Source: Cetorhinus maximus
Lineage: Eukaryota
DNA: 64,000 nt
NCBI RefSeq assembly: GCF_964194155.1
Contig: NC_135892.1
Span: 92,318,001-92,382,000, forward strand
Reading direction: 5' to 3'
The notes beneath the pieces were generated by a model. The model did no database searches and had not been told where the DNA came from. It saw only the letters and a program-made list of their open reading frames with translations. Below, one piece after another: positions 38,911 through 51,982 of the stretch (positions are counted from its first letter, which is position 1; the number at the start of each line of letters is the position of its first letter). Position numbers and translations under genes: made by a program.

Positions 38911-41900
38911 TCAATACTAATCATTTCCAACTAATAAGCAGCCAATTACAGCATCTACGAGCTTTAAGAGAATCAATGTTTGCAATCCCACACTTCTATT
39001 AGAACAAAGATATCAATGGTGAGTAAATGTTGCGATTTGTGATCACAAGAATGAATCATGTTATAAACTCTTTAAAATAAAGAAAGCTGTTTCTATTTTT
39101 AAAAGCATACTTGTACCAAAATGTCACCAACTTTTAAGTAAAATGAATAAATGTCATTTTGAATGACAGTGCTTGACAGGTTTGATTAGACATGCCTAAA
39201 TCCAGCATCAGCACAGAGGTATTTATAGTCTACTCCTGTGAATTCAGTCATTTAATTCAAATTATTTGATCATTCAATTTTTAGCTCTAAATTTCCAATT
39301 TGCTGTTTATTTCACATGGCCTAGTTCAGATTCCTGTATAATTCATGCCGTTTAAATGCAAAAAAAAATGACTGAATAATTAGGAGTGGGTTGTACATGC
39401 CTCTGCGGTTAACAAGTTCTCCAAATAGGAAATTGCAATGATTAATTTTAACCCAATAACCTGTTCTAATTTATAAATAGCCACTCACTACTGAAGCTGA
39501 CAAATAATTAGGATTTACTTACAATAGCAGAAATAAAAGCTGTTCGTGAAGTCAACCTTTTCATTACTGGACTCAGTTTTCTTTTTTCTTTTGTCTGGAT
39601 ATTTTTCAACTATTTCAACTCCGCTGGTCAGGCCATTGTATGCTCAATTACTTGGGTGTATTTCAGTTAAACAGTGAAGTTGTTATTGGACTAGAGAGGC
39701 CTTTAAACATAAACTATTTGTCCTCCATTACTGTCGCGCATCACTCTAGGATTACCAGAACAAAAAAAGTCCTCTGGAAATCAGTAAACTCTAGGGGACC
39801 TCAATGAATAAGCGCACAGGGTCTGACAAGGCTCAAGTTAATTAAATGAAGAGAATGACCCATCTAATTGGGATTCGCTTCTCAAAATCCAGTAGGAATA
39901 CGCATATTATGATCAAATAATTAGAAGCCTAAATCAAATAGGATGGTCACAAAAGTCTGAATTTAACTGATTTTAGCTAACGATAATGGATTCTATCTTT
40001 CGAGTAGAAATACAAAAAAATTTACAGTACACAAAGTATTCGCTCCACCTATCATCCCTCCTTTCAGGACCTCCCTGAATGTCTGCACTTCCACAGGGAC
40101 CCCTCCTGCCCTGTCTTGTGCACTCCAGCCCTCACCCACCTATCGAACCCCCTCCCACTCCCTGGGGCCTCGTCTCCTGACCTCGCTGAAAACCCCTCCC
40201 TACTTACCTGTCATCTGGCTCCTTTCTCTCCTTCATCAAGGACAGGATGCAGGCCTACCAGTGGCCACTGCTCCTGGTGGAGCATCTTACTTCCCACTTA
40301 CACATGTAAAGGGGATAATGTCCCAGTGCTGCTGGACTAGAGAGGACAAAAGCAAAAATCACCTCACGCTGTTCCAAAGCACTGACCTCTGCTGAGAGGG
40401 GATGCGTGTGAGACTGGCTTTGCTTTGATGTTCTCCTGCAGGAAATTGAGCTGCCAACGCCCTTGTGCATGAACATACCCAGTGCTATAGAATGTGTCTT
40501 AGGAGATGAGGAAATTTGAGGGAAAAATAATAACAAAAATAACAGTTTGGTTGTGTATGTTCGTTCCTTACCAACAAGTATCAAGAAAAACTGAGCAACT
40601 GCAAAACACCAAGGCCTGAGTTATTTCCTTGGCCTGGGCCCGGGAGCGGTTGGGAAACAGGCCCACGATCGCAATTTCACGCTGGCTGGCCAATTAAGGC
40701 CAACGGTCTTCCCAACGGTCAGGAAGGGCCAGGTGGGGGCAGGTGTCTCCCCAATGGTGACCCGGCGGGCGGTTTAAAATTGGTAGAAGCAGCTTACTGA
40801 AGGCTGCCAGGGGAGAGTCATTCTGTGGTCTGGAGACTGGAGCAATGGCCTCAACAGCGGCTGGGGGTCAGGCAGGAGGGCAGGTCGGGTGGGCATTCCG
40901 ATACCAATGTAGATACCAGCACCTCGGTGGGCATTAGATCATTGGCTAGAATGTTGGTGCACAGCTGTGAGGGTACTTCACACTCACGTGAGGAGCAGAC
41001 GGAGGCAGAGAGTGCCCAGGGCGCCAGCAGTCGGAGGACTGCTGGAGATCAGGACGATGCTGAGACGAAGGCAGGTGATGAGCCTCTGGATGCTGGATGT
41101 CCAGCGGAATGTGCGGGAGGATCTGGCATGCAGGAGATCCATGAGGGTATGCATGCCATGGTCTCTATCTTGGAGGAATCCATGCGGCGCATAAGCATTA
41201 CGTTGACCCTCATCACTGAGTACACTGCCTCCTTCATTGAGAGAGTGGCAACTCTCATGGAGAGGCAGCTCCAGGGACAGAATGAGGGGTTCCTGGGATT
41301 GCACCTGGACCTGCAAGCCCTCACACAGGCAATGACCTCAGGTGGTCAGTGCTGGTGTGGGAAATGGATCAGGCACCCAGTATCCCAGCTAGGTGCCCCT
41401 CTATCAATGGCGAGCAGAGAGGCCCAGAGCGACCTCACGTTGGCGCACGATCTGCTTGTCATCTCTGCGTACTCCTCTCAGGGCACGCTGGATGATGGCA
41501 GCAGCTCCTCTGCCCCTCTGACAGTGACCGTGGCATCTGATGAGCTGCGATGGCTGGGGAGATGCCAGCTGTGGCACTGGCTGCTCCCTCCCAGGTGGGG
41601 CCAGCACAGACTCCACTGGCCAGAGGACGACTGCCAAGGTCATCAAGGCCAACAAGACACCAGAGTCAACAAGCTGCCTCCAATGCCGCTACCAGCGATG
41701 GGGGGCACCAAGACCCAGCACTTACAAATGTAAGTTTACGGCACAATAAGAACAAGAGGGACGGGTCATGGGTGATCTTCTGTTATGCCATGTTTTATTT
41801 ATATGTTTACTGGTATGGGCATTAACACCAAATACAGTAATGTTCATTTGTTTTGGGTGTAAAAATTATATAAATTTTGCTTTTGTCTTAATGGCCTGAG

Positions 41901-42081
41901 TATGCTTCACCTTTTTATTTTCTTGGAGCAGGGTACGTCAGTATCTAATGCTGGACATGAGTGGCTCTAAACTTATTGCACAGGCACTGAGTGGACTTTG
42001 GGTTCAATTGAAAGGGTCATTTCAGACATCCGGGATGGAGGCTGCAGCCCTGGCATGAGGTGGAAGCAGGTCTTTGGCAGC

Positions 42082-43083
42082 CTAGCTGAAGGAGCGTTGG
42101 ATCAAGGCATCCTTGGTGTCCCTGGCTCCCTGGAGGTTACAGAGGTCTGCCTCCACGCCCTCAGCATTCTCCTCCCTGTACTCCTCTTCTGACTCACTAC
42201 CGGATTCATCCTCTGTGGCCTGTGGAGCTGCCTCAACATCCTCTCCCTCCAGTGCCAGTGCCAGATTGTGGAGAGCGCAGTGTGCAACCACTATCAGTAA
42301 CACCCGCTCTGGGGGTATTGTAGTGCACCCCCTGAACGGTCCAGGCATCAGAAGCACATCTTCAGGAGACCTATGGTCCTCTCTATCACCACCCTTGTGG
42401 AGGCATGACTCCTATTATAACACTGCTCTGCCTCTGTTCATTGGTGGTGGAGAGGCGTCATAAATCACCTTTTCAACGGATAGCCCTTGTCACCCAGCAG
42501 CCATCCATCCAGTCAGACTGGAGCACTGAATAACCTGGGTGCGGGGGAACCCAGCAATCGCTGAAAACCCTCTGGCTCGTTCAGCCTGGCTGGCCTCGTC
42601 TATACGGAAATGTCATTACCTGCCTGAATAGAGCTTCTGTCACCAGCTTGATGCAACTGTGGACAGCTGACTGGGACACTCCACAAAGATCCCCCACTGA
42701 CCCTTGGAAAGAGTCAGAGGCATAGAAGTTGAGGGCCACTGTGACCTTCAGAGCCACTGGCAGTTGGAGGTGATCCCAGGCCCAATCATATGACAAATGG
42801 AGGTCACAGTCTCCATGGAAAGGCAGAGCCTCCTTCGGCATTGCACCTCGGACATATTGAGGTAGCTGCATCATTGCCTGTAAACCCTGGCAGCAGGATA
42901 GTGGCGTCTTCCGAGGCTCTTTATGCCTTGGACTACCTGCTGGCTCTGCACCCCTTGTGCCTGCGCCTCTCCTCCCACAGGTCCATCCCCTAGAAGCTGC
43001 ATTGGGACACCTGGCCCCCTTTCCCTTCTGCCCCTCTCTTCCTCCTCAGAAGAGGTGCCATCAGTGGAAAGCACAATCCCCAT
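42082..43083 (-). pseudogene. HARBI1-like transposase pseudogene with internal deletion
   Basis: LPVALKVTVALNFYASDSFQGSVGDLCGVSQSAVHSCIKLVTEALF; IAGFPR joined almost directly to WLLGDKGYP; CALHNLAL plus acidic tail. Confidence 0.85.
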
Positions 43084-43163
43084 TACCAGGGTTACAGAAG
43101 GCTGTCTGATACCTGGAAGGTTCTACATGGTCAAAATTCTCCGGGAGCCTTGGAGAAAACAAT

Positions 43164-43780
43164 GGCCAGGATTTTCCCCTGGGCGATTTGGGGGTGGGGC
43201 TCGCTCGCTGAGGGGAAAATGACGCGGGATGACATTGGGAGGAACCCCCGACGTCATCCTGGTCCATTTAAATTTTTAGGAAGGCGGGCGGACAGCAAAA
43301 TCAGCTGTACGTCCGCCAACCTGTCAATAGCCAATTGAGGCCATTGACAGGCTAATTAAAGTAATTAAAGACCTGCCCGGCCAACCTTAAGGCTGGCGGG
43401 CAGGCCAGGAGCCCCAGCGAGCTCCAGATTATTCATGAAACTTCATCCCCGTTTCATGTCCGTTTTGTAAAAAATTAATAAAGTTTATGTGTTCTTTATT
43501 AACATGTCCCATCTCGTGTGACATTGTCACATGAGGGGGACATGGTAATAATTTTTTAATGTTTCTATTTTTATACTTAACTTACCTGTCACGAATCTCA
43601 CTGAGGCAGGACTTTGACAGTTGGGGAATCCCTCCCCCATGGGCAGGCCGCTGTGCGGGCCTTAATTGGCCCACCCACTTAAAATGGCGGCAGGGCCCGC
43701 TTCAGTGGCGGGGGGGGCGGCTGGCTGCCCACCGCCGAGCCGGTGGGGCCCGCACACCATCCGAGGGCAAGATTCTGCCC
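43164..43780. mobile_element. Harbinger-family MITE nested in element 3, TSD AAT
   Basis: GGCCAGGATTTTCC ... AAGATTCTGCCC flanked by AAT/AAT. Confidence 0.87.
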
Positions 43781-44259
43781 AATGAGTCCTGAAATGAAGC
43801 CTATAAAAGCTAAGAGTGAAGCTCAGAACGGAGGTGAAGCTGTCAAGTTCAAATAAGCAACCAGTAGCAAACTATCTCCTAAACTCCTCACTACTCACAA
43901 CGGCAATTCTGCTGACCCTTTTTATCCCGCCCTTGGATGAGGTTTGGCAAAATGTGGGCTGCCCGCCTGCCCATTTTGCCTGTGCGATGAGCGCGAAATC
44001 GTGCGGGCAACGTAAAAGCGAGAACAATTGCCTTTTTATTGGTCTTAAGTGGCCTCTTAATTGGTGGCGGGCACAGCCCTGACCCATGCGTGCCGGCCGA
44101 CCTGAAGGATTGCTTGCATGGAGGATGATGTCGGGACGCTTGCCCAATGTCATTTCACGCCCGATCGGGGTCGGGCGCGCTCTCCTGCAAGGCGCAAAAT
44201 TCTGCGGCAGGTAAAAGTAACGAAGCCATGGCCCCAAACGTTAACTTTTCTCTGACTCA

Positions 44260-44463
<204 letters not shown>

Positions 44464-44549
44464 TTAAAGGAATTATTTCACCAACACACTGAAAGAAAGA
44501 AGGCATTGACTAGTAATGAGGTAGTGTGGGTCTTATTTGAAATTTTAAA

Positions 44550-45387
44550 AACTCACAGAATGTTGGAAATACTCAGCAGGTCAGGCAGCATCTGTGGAGA
44601 GAAAAACAGGGTTAACGTTTCAGGTCTGTGACCTTACATCAGCAACTTTCTGATATCGTCACAGACCTGAAACTTTGGGCGGAGTCTTGTGCCGGTAATG
44701 GGGGTCTTGGAGAGCCAGCGAGACCCCCCACATCGCCTCTTTCTGGGAAGGCCCACTGGTCGTGCACGCCAATCAGGCAGCTGACAAGCAGGTGGCGGGC
44801 TTTCCCCCGGGGTCAGGACCCAGGTCCCGCCTACCGAGAGTTGCCGGCCAATCAGAGGCTGGCAGCTCTTTTGAACGGCAGCACCACAGGTGAATGAAGG
44901 TGGGAGGGGGTTCACGGGGTGTGGATCTCAGGGGACTGGGACTTAGGGTAGTCGGCAACCAGGGCAGGAATGTTGCTCTCAGCAGGCCCCCCGATGTCGG
45001 GTCTCTCGATCAGGCACTGAGCGCCTTTGAATGAGGGAAACCCCCGGGAGCCGGCAAGCAAACACACCAGGTCGTGCTTGTTATGCATGCTGCATGGTGA
45101 GCCCCCTGTTTGCTGCCAGGGCCTCAATTAGTGGCAGGGTGGGAAGGTGGTCCTCAGGCCTTCTCGCCACAGATTTTATCAGGTGGAGGCAGGAAGGTGG
45201 CAGGGTCCCCATCCCCTACCCCGATACAATATCCCCCCCCGTCACCAAACTTGCCACGAGGGAGGGCACAAGATTCTGCCCTTTATCTTTGTTTCTCTCT
45301 CCACAGAGGCTGCTTGACCTGCTAAGTATTTCCAACACCTTCTACTTTTATTTCAGATTTCCAACATCCGCAGCATTTTTGCTTTTA
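44550..45387. mobile_element. Inverted pair of Penelope-like terminal elements with hammerhead-like cores, interrupted by a MITE
   Basis: Left arm ggaaatactcagcaggtcaggcagcatctgtggagagaaa is complementary to right arm tttctctctccacagaggctgcttgacctgctaagtatttcc; CTGATG..stem..GAAACGTTAAC on the minus strand at 44611-44646. Confidence 0.65.
44677..45281. mobile_element. Harbinger-type MITE of the second family, TSD TTT
   Basis: GGGCGGAGTCTTG ... CAAGATTCTGCCC flanked by TTT/TTT. Confidence 0.8.
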
Positions 45388-45788
45388 CGTTCTCACTCGT
45401 CTTTTTTTTTGGTGCTCCCCAGGGTAAGACTCTGATACCACTTAAAGGCAGCTAGCGACTCTTAAACAGGAGGTACACTACTGCAACTGCAGACAGCAGG
45501 GAACGCTGAAAAGTGAAAAATGGTTGCGAGAGATCTGGGGCGTCAGTTTGCCAATACAGCGTTTGGGGGCCCTGCTCCAGGTGTTCAGCAGGAGAAGGGA
45601 CCCTCTGAAGGACACAAAGCCCTCCAGGAACACCTCTGCCGCCACTGATTCTGAGGCCATTTCTTCAGGGCAGGTAACTTTTACCGAAACTGGGACAGAG
45701 GGACCTAATTTGGCTTGTCAAAATATACTGGATGAGTAAAAGGGATCCGTGCATATTTCACCACAATGTTCCAAAGGGCTGAACTTAC

Positions 45789-45887
45789 CGATCATGATTC
45801 CTGAGAAGGCAAGCAACAAGGCTGCCACCACGACTGACAACACCACTGAAAGCACTAGAGAGAGCGGCAGGTGACCCTCTGGGGGTG
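45789..45887 (-). CDS. ALK: ALK exon equivalent to exon 19 (transmembrane helix), SPPEGHLPLSLVLSVVLSVVVAALLLAFSGIMIV
   Basis: cctag|CA...ATCG|gtaagt; 99 nt; HLPLSL...LAFSGIMI is the ALK transmembrane signature. Confidence 0.93.
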
Positions 45888-46325
45888 CTAGGAAAGAAGA
45901 AAGATTGTGAGAAAATCACCAGTAAAATAGCAAATAATTTTATTCCATTCCTTGTCTTCCCTGTTTCCATCCTATTCCTATTTCTGAACCCACACATTAG
46001 CCTTTGCCCATCCATACTTGGCTGGGAGAGTTTTCAGAGGGCTCCAGGTTGCAGAATTCTTCACGACTATTAGCCATTCTTCGCCTGTACTAAGACAACA
46101 GGCTTCAGTTTGATTGTGCGGCTCAACGCTCTATTCAGTGTTTCTTACCTAAGATATGTCAGTGTTCAGCAGTGATGTCACAGGTTACAGCAAAATTTGT
46201 ACAATACATCTATTCTTTCAGAAAATAAATTCAGCTGTTTTGGCAACGATGATGATTAAACTTGCATTATTTGGGATAAATCTGAAAGGGATTGAAAAAA
46301 TAACCATGTCAAAGATGATACTCAC

Positions 46326-46478
46326 AAATGCAGGTAACACTGTCTGGAGCCAATATTTTTCCCGATTCACACAAGCAGATGAGTTCTTCTTTAATGTGGT
46401 CAAATACACAGTCATTATGTTCGCAGTGGCTGCAATTTAAGTGCAGCACAATTTCAACCTCCCCATGGCTTTCTGTCA
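46326..46478 (-). CDS. ALK: ALK exon equivalent to exon 18 (EGF-like domain), VTESHGEVEIVLHLNCSHCEHNDCVFDHIKEELICLCESGKILAPDSVTCI
   Basis: cacag|TG...TTT|gtgagt; 153 nt; six cysteines with HLNCSHC...ICxC...C spacing. Confidence 0.93.
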
Positions 46479-46529
46479 CTGTGTAGAGAGAGGAACAAAT
46501 ACAAAAAAAAAACAGTGTGAGAGATAATA

Positions 46530-48310
46530 GATTGATAGACTCATAGACATTTACAGTAAAGAAAGAGACATTCGGCCTATTGTGTCCACGCCGGCCAACA
46601 AAGATCTGACTACACTAATCCCATTTTCCAGCACTTGACCCATAGCCCTGGAGGCTATGGCAACACAAGTGAGTATCTAAATACTTCTTAAATGTTAGAA
46701 GAGTTTCTGACTCAACCACCTTTTCAGGCAGTGAGTTCTAGACTCCCACCACCCTCTGGATGAAAACATTTCTCCTCAACTCCCCTCTTAGCCTTCTACC
46801 TCTCACCTTAAATCTTTTCCCCCTGGTTATTGACACCCCTACTAATGGAAAAAGTGCTTTCCTATCCACCCCACCATGCCCCTCCTTTATTCTACCCACC
46901 AATGCTTTCTCATGCACTCTCTTAGCTTTCCTAATTTCTTTTTTAAGTTCCCCTCTGCGCTTTTTATATTCCTGTAGGGACTCTGCCGTGTTGAGCCCTC
47001 AGTATCTGCCTTAAGCTTCTCTTTTTTCCTTTATCCTGACCTTTATGCTCCTTGACATCCAGGGTTCTACGGACTTGGTCCCCTCCTTTGTCTTTATGGG
47101 AACATATTTGCCCTGCCTTCTCGCTATTTCCTCCTTGAATGCCTCCCACTGCTCCGGCACAGTTTTATCTGCAAGTAGCTGCTCCCAGTCCACTTGGGCC
47201 AAATTGTATCTCATCTTGGTAAAATTAGGCTTTCCTCAGTTTAGAACTTTTATTCCCGGCCCAACCGTATCCTTTTCCACAACTATCCTAAATCTAACCG
47301 AGTTATGGTCACTATCTTCAAAATGCTCCCCTACTGCATTTTTTACTTCTCCCCATATGGCTTCTTTTGATGATTCTTCCAAGATATCATCCCTCCTCAC
47401 TGCCATAATTGATTCCTTGATCAATATTGTGACGCCCTCTCCTATCCCCCTCTCCATCTCGTCTGAATGTTGAGCTGCCAATCCTGCCCTTCTTTTAGCC
47501 AGGTCTCGGCCATAGCTATGATATCATACTCCCACGTGCCTATCTGTGCCCTCAGCTTGTCTGTCTTATTCCTCAGGCTCCTTGCATTAAAATATATTCC
47601 ATTTAGCCTTGCTAAACTCAATTCTTTCTTATCTAGCCTATGTTCCCTCTGCCTTCCAGACTCACTTACTAGCATTTTAACTTTTAATTCTATCTCAGCT
47701 TCTCTCCCCTCTGAACTACTTTTCAGGATTCCACCCCCTTGCCAATTTAGTTTAAATCCGCCCCAACAGCATTAGCAAACCTACCCCCGACGATGTTGGT
47801 CCCATTCCTGTTCGGATCCCGTCCAACTTGTACAAGTCCTGCCTCCCCCAGAAACAGTCCTAATGCCCCAGGAATCTAAAGCCCTCCCCGCTGCACCATC
47901 TCTCCAGCCACGCAATCATCTGCTCTATCCTTCTGTTCCTATGCTCACGACTGCATGGCACCAGGAGTAATCTGGAGATTACTACCTTTGAAGTCTTGCT
48001 TTTCAATTTCCTACCTAACTCCCTAAAAGCTGCTTGCAGGACCTCATTTCTCTTTCTTCCCATGTCATTGGTCCCAACATGGATCACAACCTCCGGCTGT
48101 TCACCCTCCCCCTTCAGAATGCCCTGCATCCGCTCCATGACATCCTTGACCCTGGCACCCAGGAGGCAACATACCATCCTGGAGTCATGTCTACGGCCGC
48201 AGGAGTGCCTGCCTACTCCCCTCACTAATGAATCCCATACACTTATTGCCCTTCCACACTTCTTCCTCCCCCACCCTGAGCAGCTGGACCACCCACAGTG
48301 CCATGGCCTA
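46530..48310 (-). mobile_element. CR1 LINE, internally deleted: ORF1 SGNH-esterase region, ORF2 endonuclease start and 3' end
   Basis: ORF 47860..48570(-) DSLVRG..VVIHVGTND (esterase); YFNARSLRNK..IIAMAETWL and DSDHNSVRF (endonuclease); 3' UTR near 46530-46700. Confidence 0.88.
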
Positions 48311-49169
48311 TTCTCATTCGGAGAGCCAGTGCAGACACAATGGGCCGAATGGCCTCTTTCTGCACTGTAACAATTCTGTGACTCTGAGAAACAAAGAGAC
48401 ACAGAGAGGAATGGAAAGCTAAAGACCCAGAGGCAAAAACAAAGAAACAGAACCAATGACTGAAGGAAGAGGAAAATTAAGAAACAGACAAATAGAGCAA
48501 GAGACAGTGTGCACTGAAGACAATGACATGAGCCTAATGGTTTAAAAATGCCTGAATTACACTGGGGCACAATTTGAGCATCACCATTTGGGTAGTAATC
48601 TGGTTAAGATCACCTGCCCATTAACAAATGCACCCAATTTCCATTACACTTTTCTTGATGCATCTTCAGTCATTTGCGAGAGGTGTCAGCTGTGGCTCAG
48701 TTCATAGCACCCTCGCCTTTGAATCAGAGGGTTGTGGGTTCATGTCCCATTCCCGGAAACCAAGAACTGTGATTGTACTCGAAAGAGTTGCAATCTGTGA
48801 CTGTTGGTGACTCGAAAGAGTTTCCAGAGCCTTGAGCACAATAATCCCATTGAACACTCACAGCACAGTTCTGAGGCAGCGCAGAAATAATTCATATGGA
48901 GAAATAATTCATATGGACTGGCAAATTAGGTTTCAGTCATTTGCGAGAAAAGTTCAATACGCCAGGAATATCTGATGATGACCTAGGGGCTTTTGCCCAA
49001 GTTTCCAATCTCCAGTATTTTAACACCAGCATTACCTGCACTCCAGAATGGGGTATTGGCAGTGTTAAAATAATGTCCAGTGGAAAGGCTAGGCCGTCGT
49101 GTCTTGCAGGTAGTAATAATAACATCCCATTACATAATGCAACAATAATAGAACTGTCCACAGCTCTCA

Positions 49170-49283
<114 letters not shown>

Positions 49284-51697
49284 TCAGACATGATTCAATT
49301 CCCTTGTCATCCTTTCATTCATAAAACAATTACATGACACTGTTTTACTAATTAAAAAAACAGAATATAAAATCAAGATATAATTTTTCAGCAACATTAT
49401 CTCTGTAAGACTTAAGTATGATTTTACAAAGTAACCACTTCAGCTTCTCAGGTGGCTCCTTAATGATAAATACTCCTTGTTTGGTTTGAAGCTATAAATA
49501 TCAGGAACATCTCACATTTGATTTCCAGCTTGTGCTGAGTTAGCTCGTCTCAACCAGGACAACAATAAATGATGTGATATCTGAAAAACAAAACTCTGCC
49601 ATGCTTCCTGTTCCCAACTGCTATCTAGTGGGCCCTGATAGGAAGTGTCCATAGGACAGGGTCATGCAGAGTAGTAGCGTTCCCCATGGTTCAACAGCCT
49701 GCTGTCAAACAGGGCAAGAAATTCATGTGTGGCCAGAAACCAGTGCAAAATGTATACATCCATCATGTATGTATACGAACGCACACAGTCACATTATTGC
49801 TTTGTGCAGTACACGGCTGCCATCTACGCTGCTCTGCACTATTGGGAAACCTGGCATTTGGGAAAAATCATATGTTATATTCAGCTGATAACACCTTTCC
49901 ACATGGAAAGTGATCACCATTAATACAAAGCAAAATACTGCAGATGCTGGAAATCAATTCTAAAGAAAAGTCATCAGTCTGAAACGTTACCTCTGTTTTT
50001 CCCCTCAGATGCTGCCAGACCTCTGAGTATTCCCACATATTATTAAAATAATGAAGGGGTTGCATCTTTCAAACACTCACATGATTTGTGGACAGCTGAT
50101 TGGCCAAATTGGCATTTGTCACCAAGGAAAGATTAGGAGGATCCAACGCCATAAAAATGTGCTGCATGCAGATGGTATGACCCGTTCCTGTAAGTTGTCT
50201 TGAGATCAGCCCACAACACATAGGATGACTGCTCCCCTTGTGAACTGGATGTGGCAAAGAACAGTTCTCTTGTGATATGTGTAGGTAGTTGTGGTAAGGT
50301 GTGTAATAAGGAGGTCCTGGCGTAATGATGTATGTGGATATAATGGTCTCCTTGCACTTATATTTGTTGAGTATATTCAAGACTGAGATCAATGGCTCTA
50401 TAGATGCAAAGGGAATCAAGGGTAGGAAAGTGAAGCTGTGGAGGAGCCATAATTCACGTGGCCTACTCCTGCTGATCTTTCTTATTTTCTTACGTTTGCC
50501 CCTCATGAAATTGTCTTCCCCATCCAGGTCATGCAACACATTAGAGCCTCCAAAGAAATTCTGAGCTTCATCATTTTAAATGATATTATTAAAATTGCAG
50601 CAGCGACCAAGAATAATGAAACAAATTAAAGGCAAAAGTAAACAAATTTTTAAAATGGCACATTTTCAGCAACAAATTCTTCACGAATAATGCGAAGATG
50701 GAGCTGAAAAAACAACCCACGCTTTGTAAATAAATTCAACAGCAGTCTCCTTTTACAAGCCCTCCTTGAGGAGGCTGGGTCACAGGATTAGTGATGCGTC
50801 CATTTAACTTTGGTCAGCTAAGAGCTGGGGTTGGAGTCCACTCAAAAATACTTAAAACCCAGCAAGTTGACAACTTGGATAATTATCAGCCTTTTTGACT
50901 GTCCTCCAGCACAGCCTCTCCCTGTGCACAGCTTGATATTTCTTCTGAAAAATGTGGCATGGTGAAGGGACACTATGTCACAGCAAAAACCCAGGCTGAG
51001 AAACAACATTTGCCCTTAAACGGCACACATACCAGTGTCCACTAGTGGTTGTATATTTCTTGCTCTCTGATTTTCTCCCTTACCTCAGCAAAAAGTACTT
51101 TGCTTTTATTTAGTGAATACTGAAATGGGGAACCCCTGATTGGGATTCCCACGAGAAGCCGCATCTCAATACCCTGCCATCGTGGCATTGCATGAGGCAT
51201 TATGCCACACTGCAGCAAAACTAAAGGGGAGAAGCTACAAGGAGGCATGAGAGAAACCTACAGTCCAGAGAGAAAAGCAAAATACTGCGGATGCTGGAAA
51301 ACTCAGCAGGTCTGACAGCATCTGTAGAGAGGAATACAGAGCCAACGCCTTGAATCCGTACATGAGAATATTTGCAGACTTCGTATGGATCACTGACATT
51401 TCCTATCTCCATATATGGCTACTTAGCCTTAAATGGCCACATCCTTTTAAATTTATCCATCAGTCACAGTGTAAGTTTGCAAGGCCACGCTTAAAATAGG
51501 CTGGGGCTTACCTATACTATGTAAGTAAAGGTAATGCTGCAATATGGGGTAGAGTCAGCCAGCCTTGTAACAATCAACCAAGTGCTAATAATAATACACC
51601 TCACAGCTAACATTCAATTAGAAAATCTGTTCCGTCCAATCACTGTAAACCATATTCCTTTAGTGATAGCTAGTGTACATATACAGATAACAAACTA

Positions 51698-51916
<219 letters not shown>

Positions 51917-51982
51917 TTACAGGAAAAAAAATTGAACCCAAATGGCCTCCATACACTTTGTTCATGACACAGTCTAAAACAG

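Larger units (their letters stand above)
40613..44207. mobile_element. PIF/Harbinger element 3, internally deleted, whose ends match the main MITE family
   Basis: Left end has gatcgcaatttcacgctggctggccaatt and right end has gatgatgtcgggacgc..gggcgcgc..aaaattctgc, as in the MITEs; flanks CAA/CAG; Myb-protein C-terminal ORF 40825..41733(+) and transposase remnant (-). Confidence 0.8.

Noticed and set aside
40825-41733. 302-aa ORF as a possible novel or domesticated gene
   Set aside because: It corresponds to the C-terminal exon of a Harbinger Myb-like gene, lacks the DNA-binding exons, starts at GTG and drifts out of the homologous frame near its end.
43164-43780. CpG-rich patches as possible internal ALK promoters
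   Set aside because: The patches coincide with young MITE copies, and there is no independent evidence of promoter activity.
47860-48570. 236-aa ORF with a hydrophobic N-terminus and an SGNH-like domain
   Set aside because: The C-terminal part is CR1 ORF1 esterase; the N-terminus is chance read-through of T-rich flank with no splice or start support.
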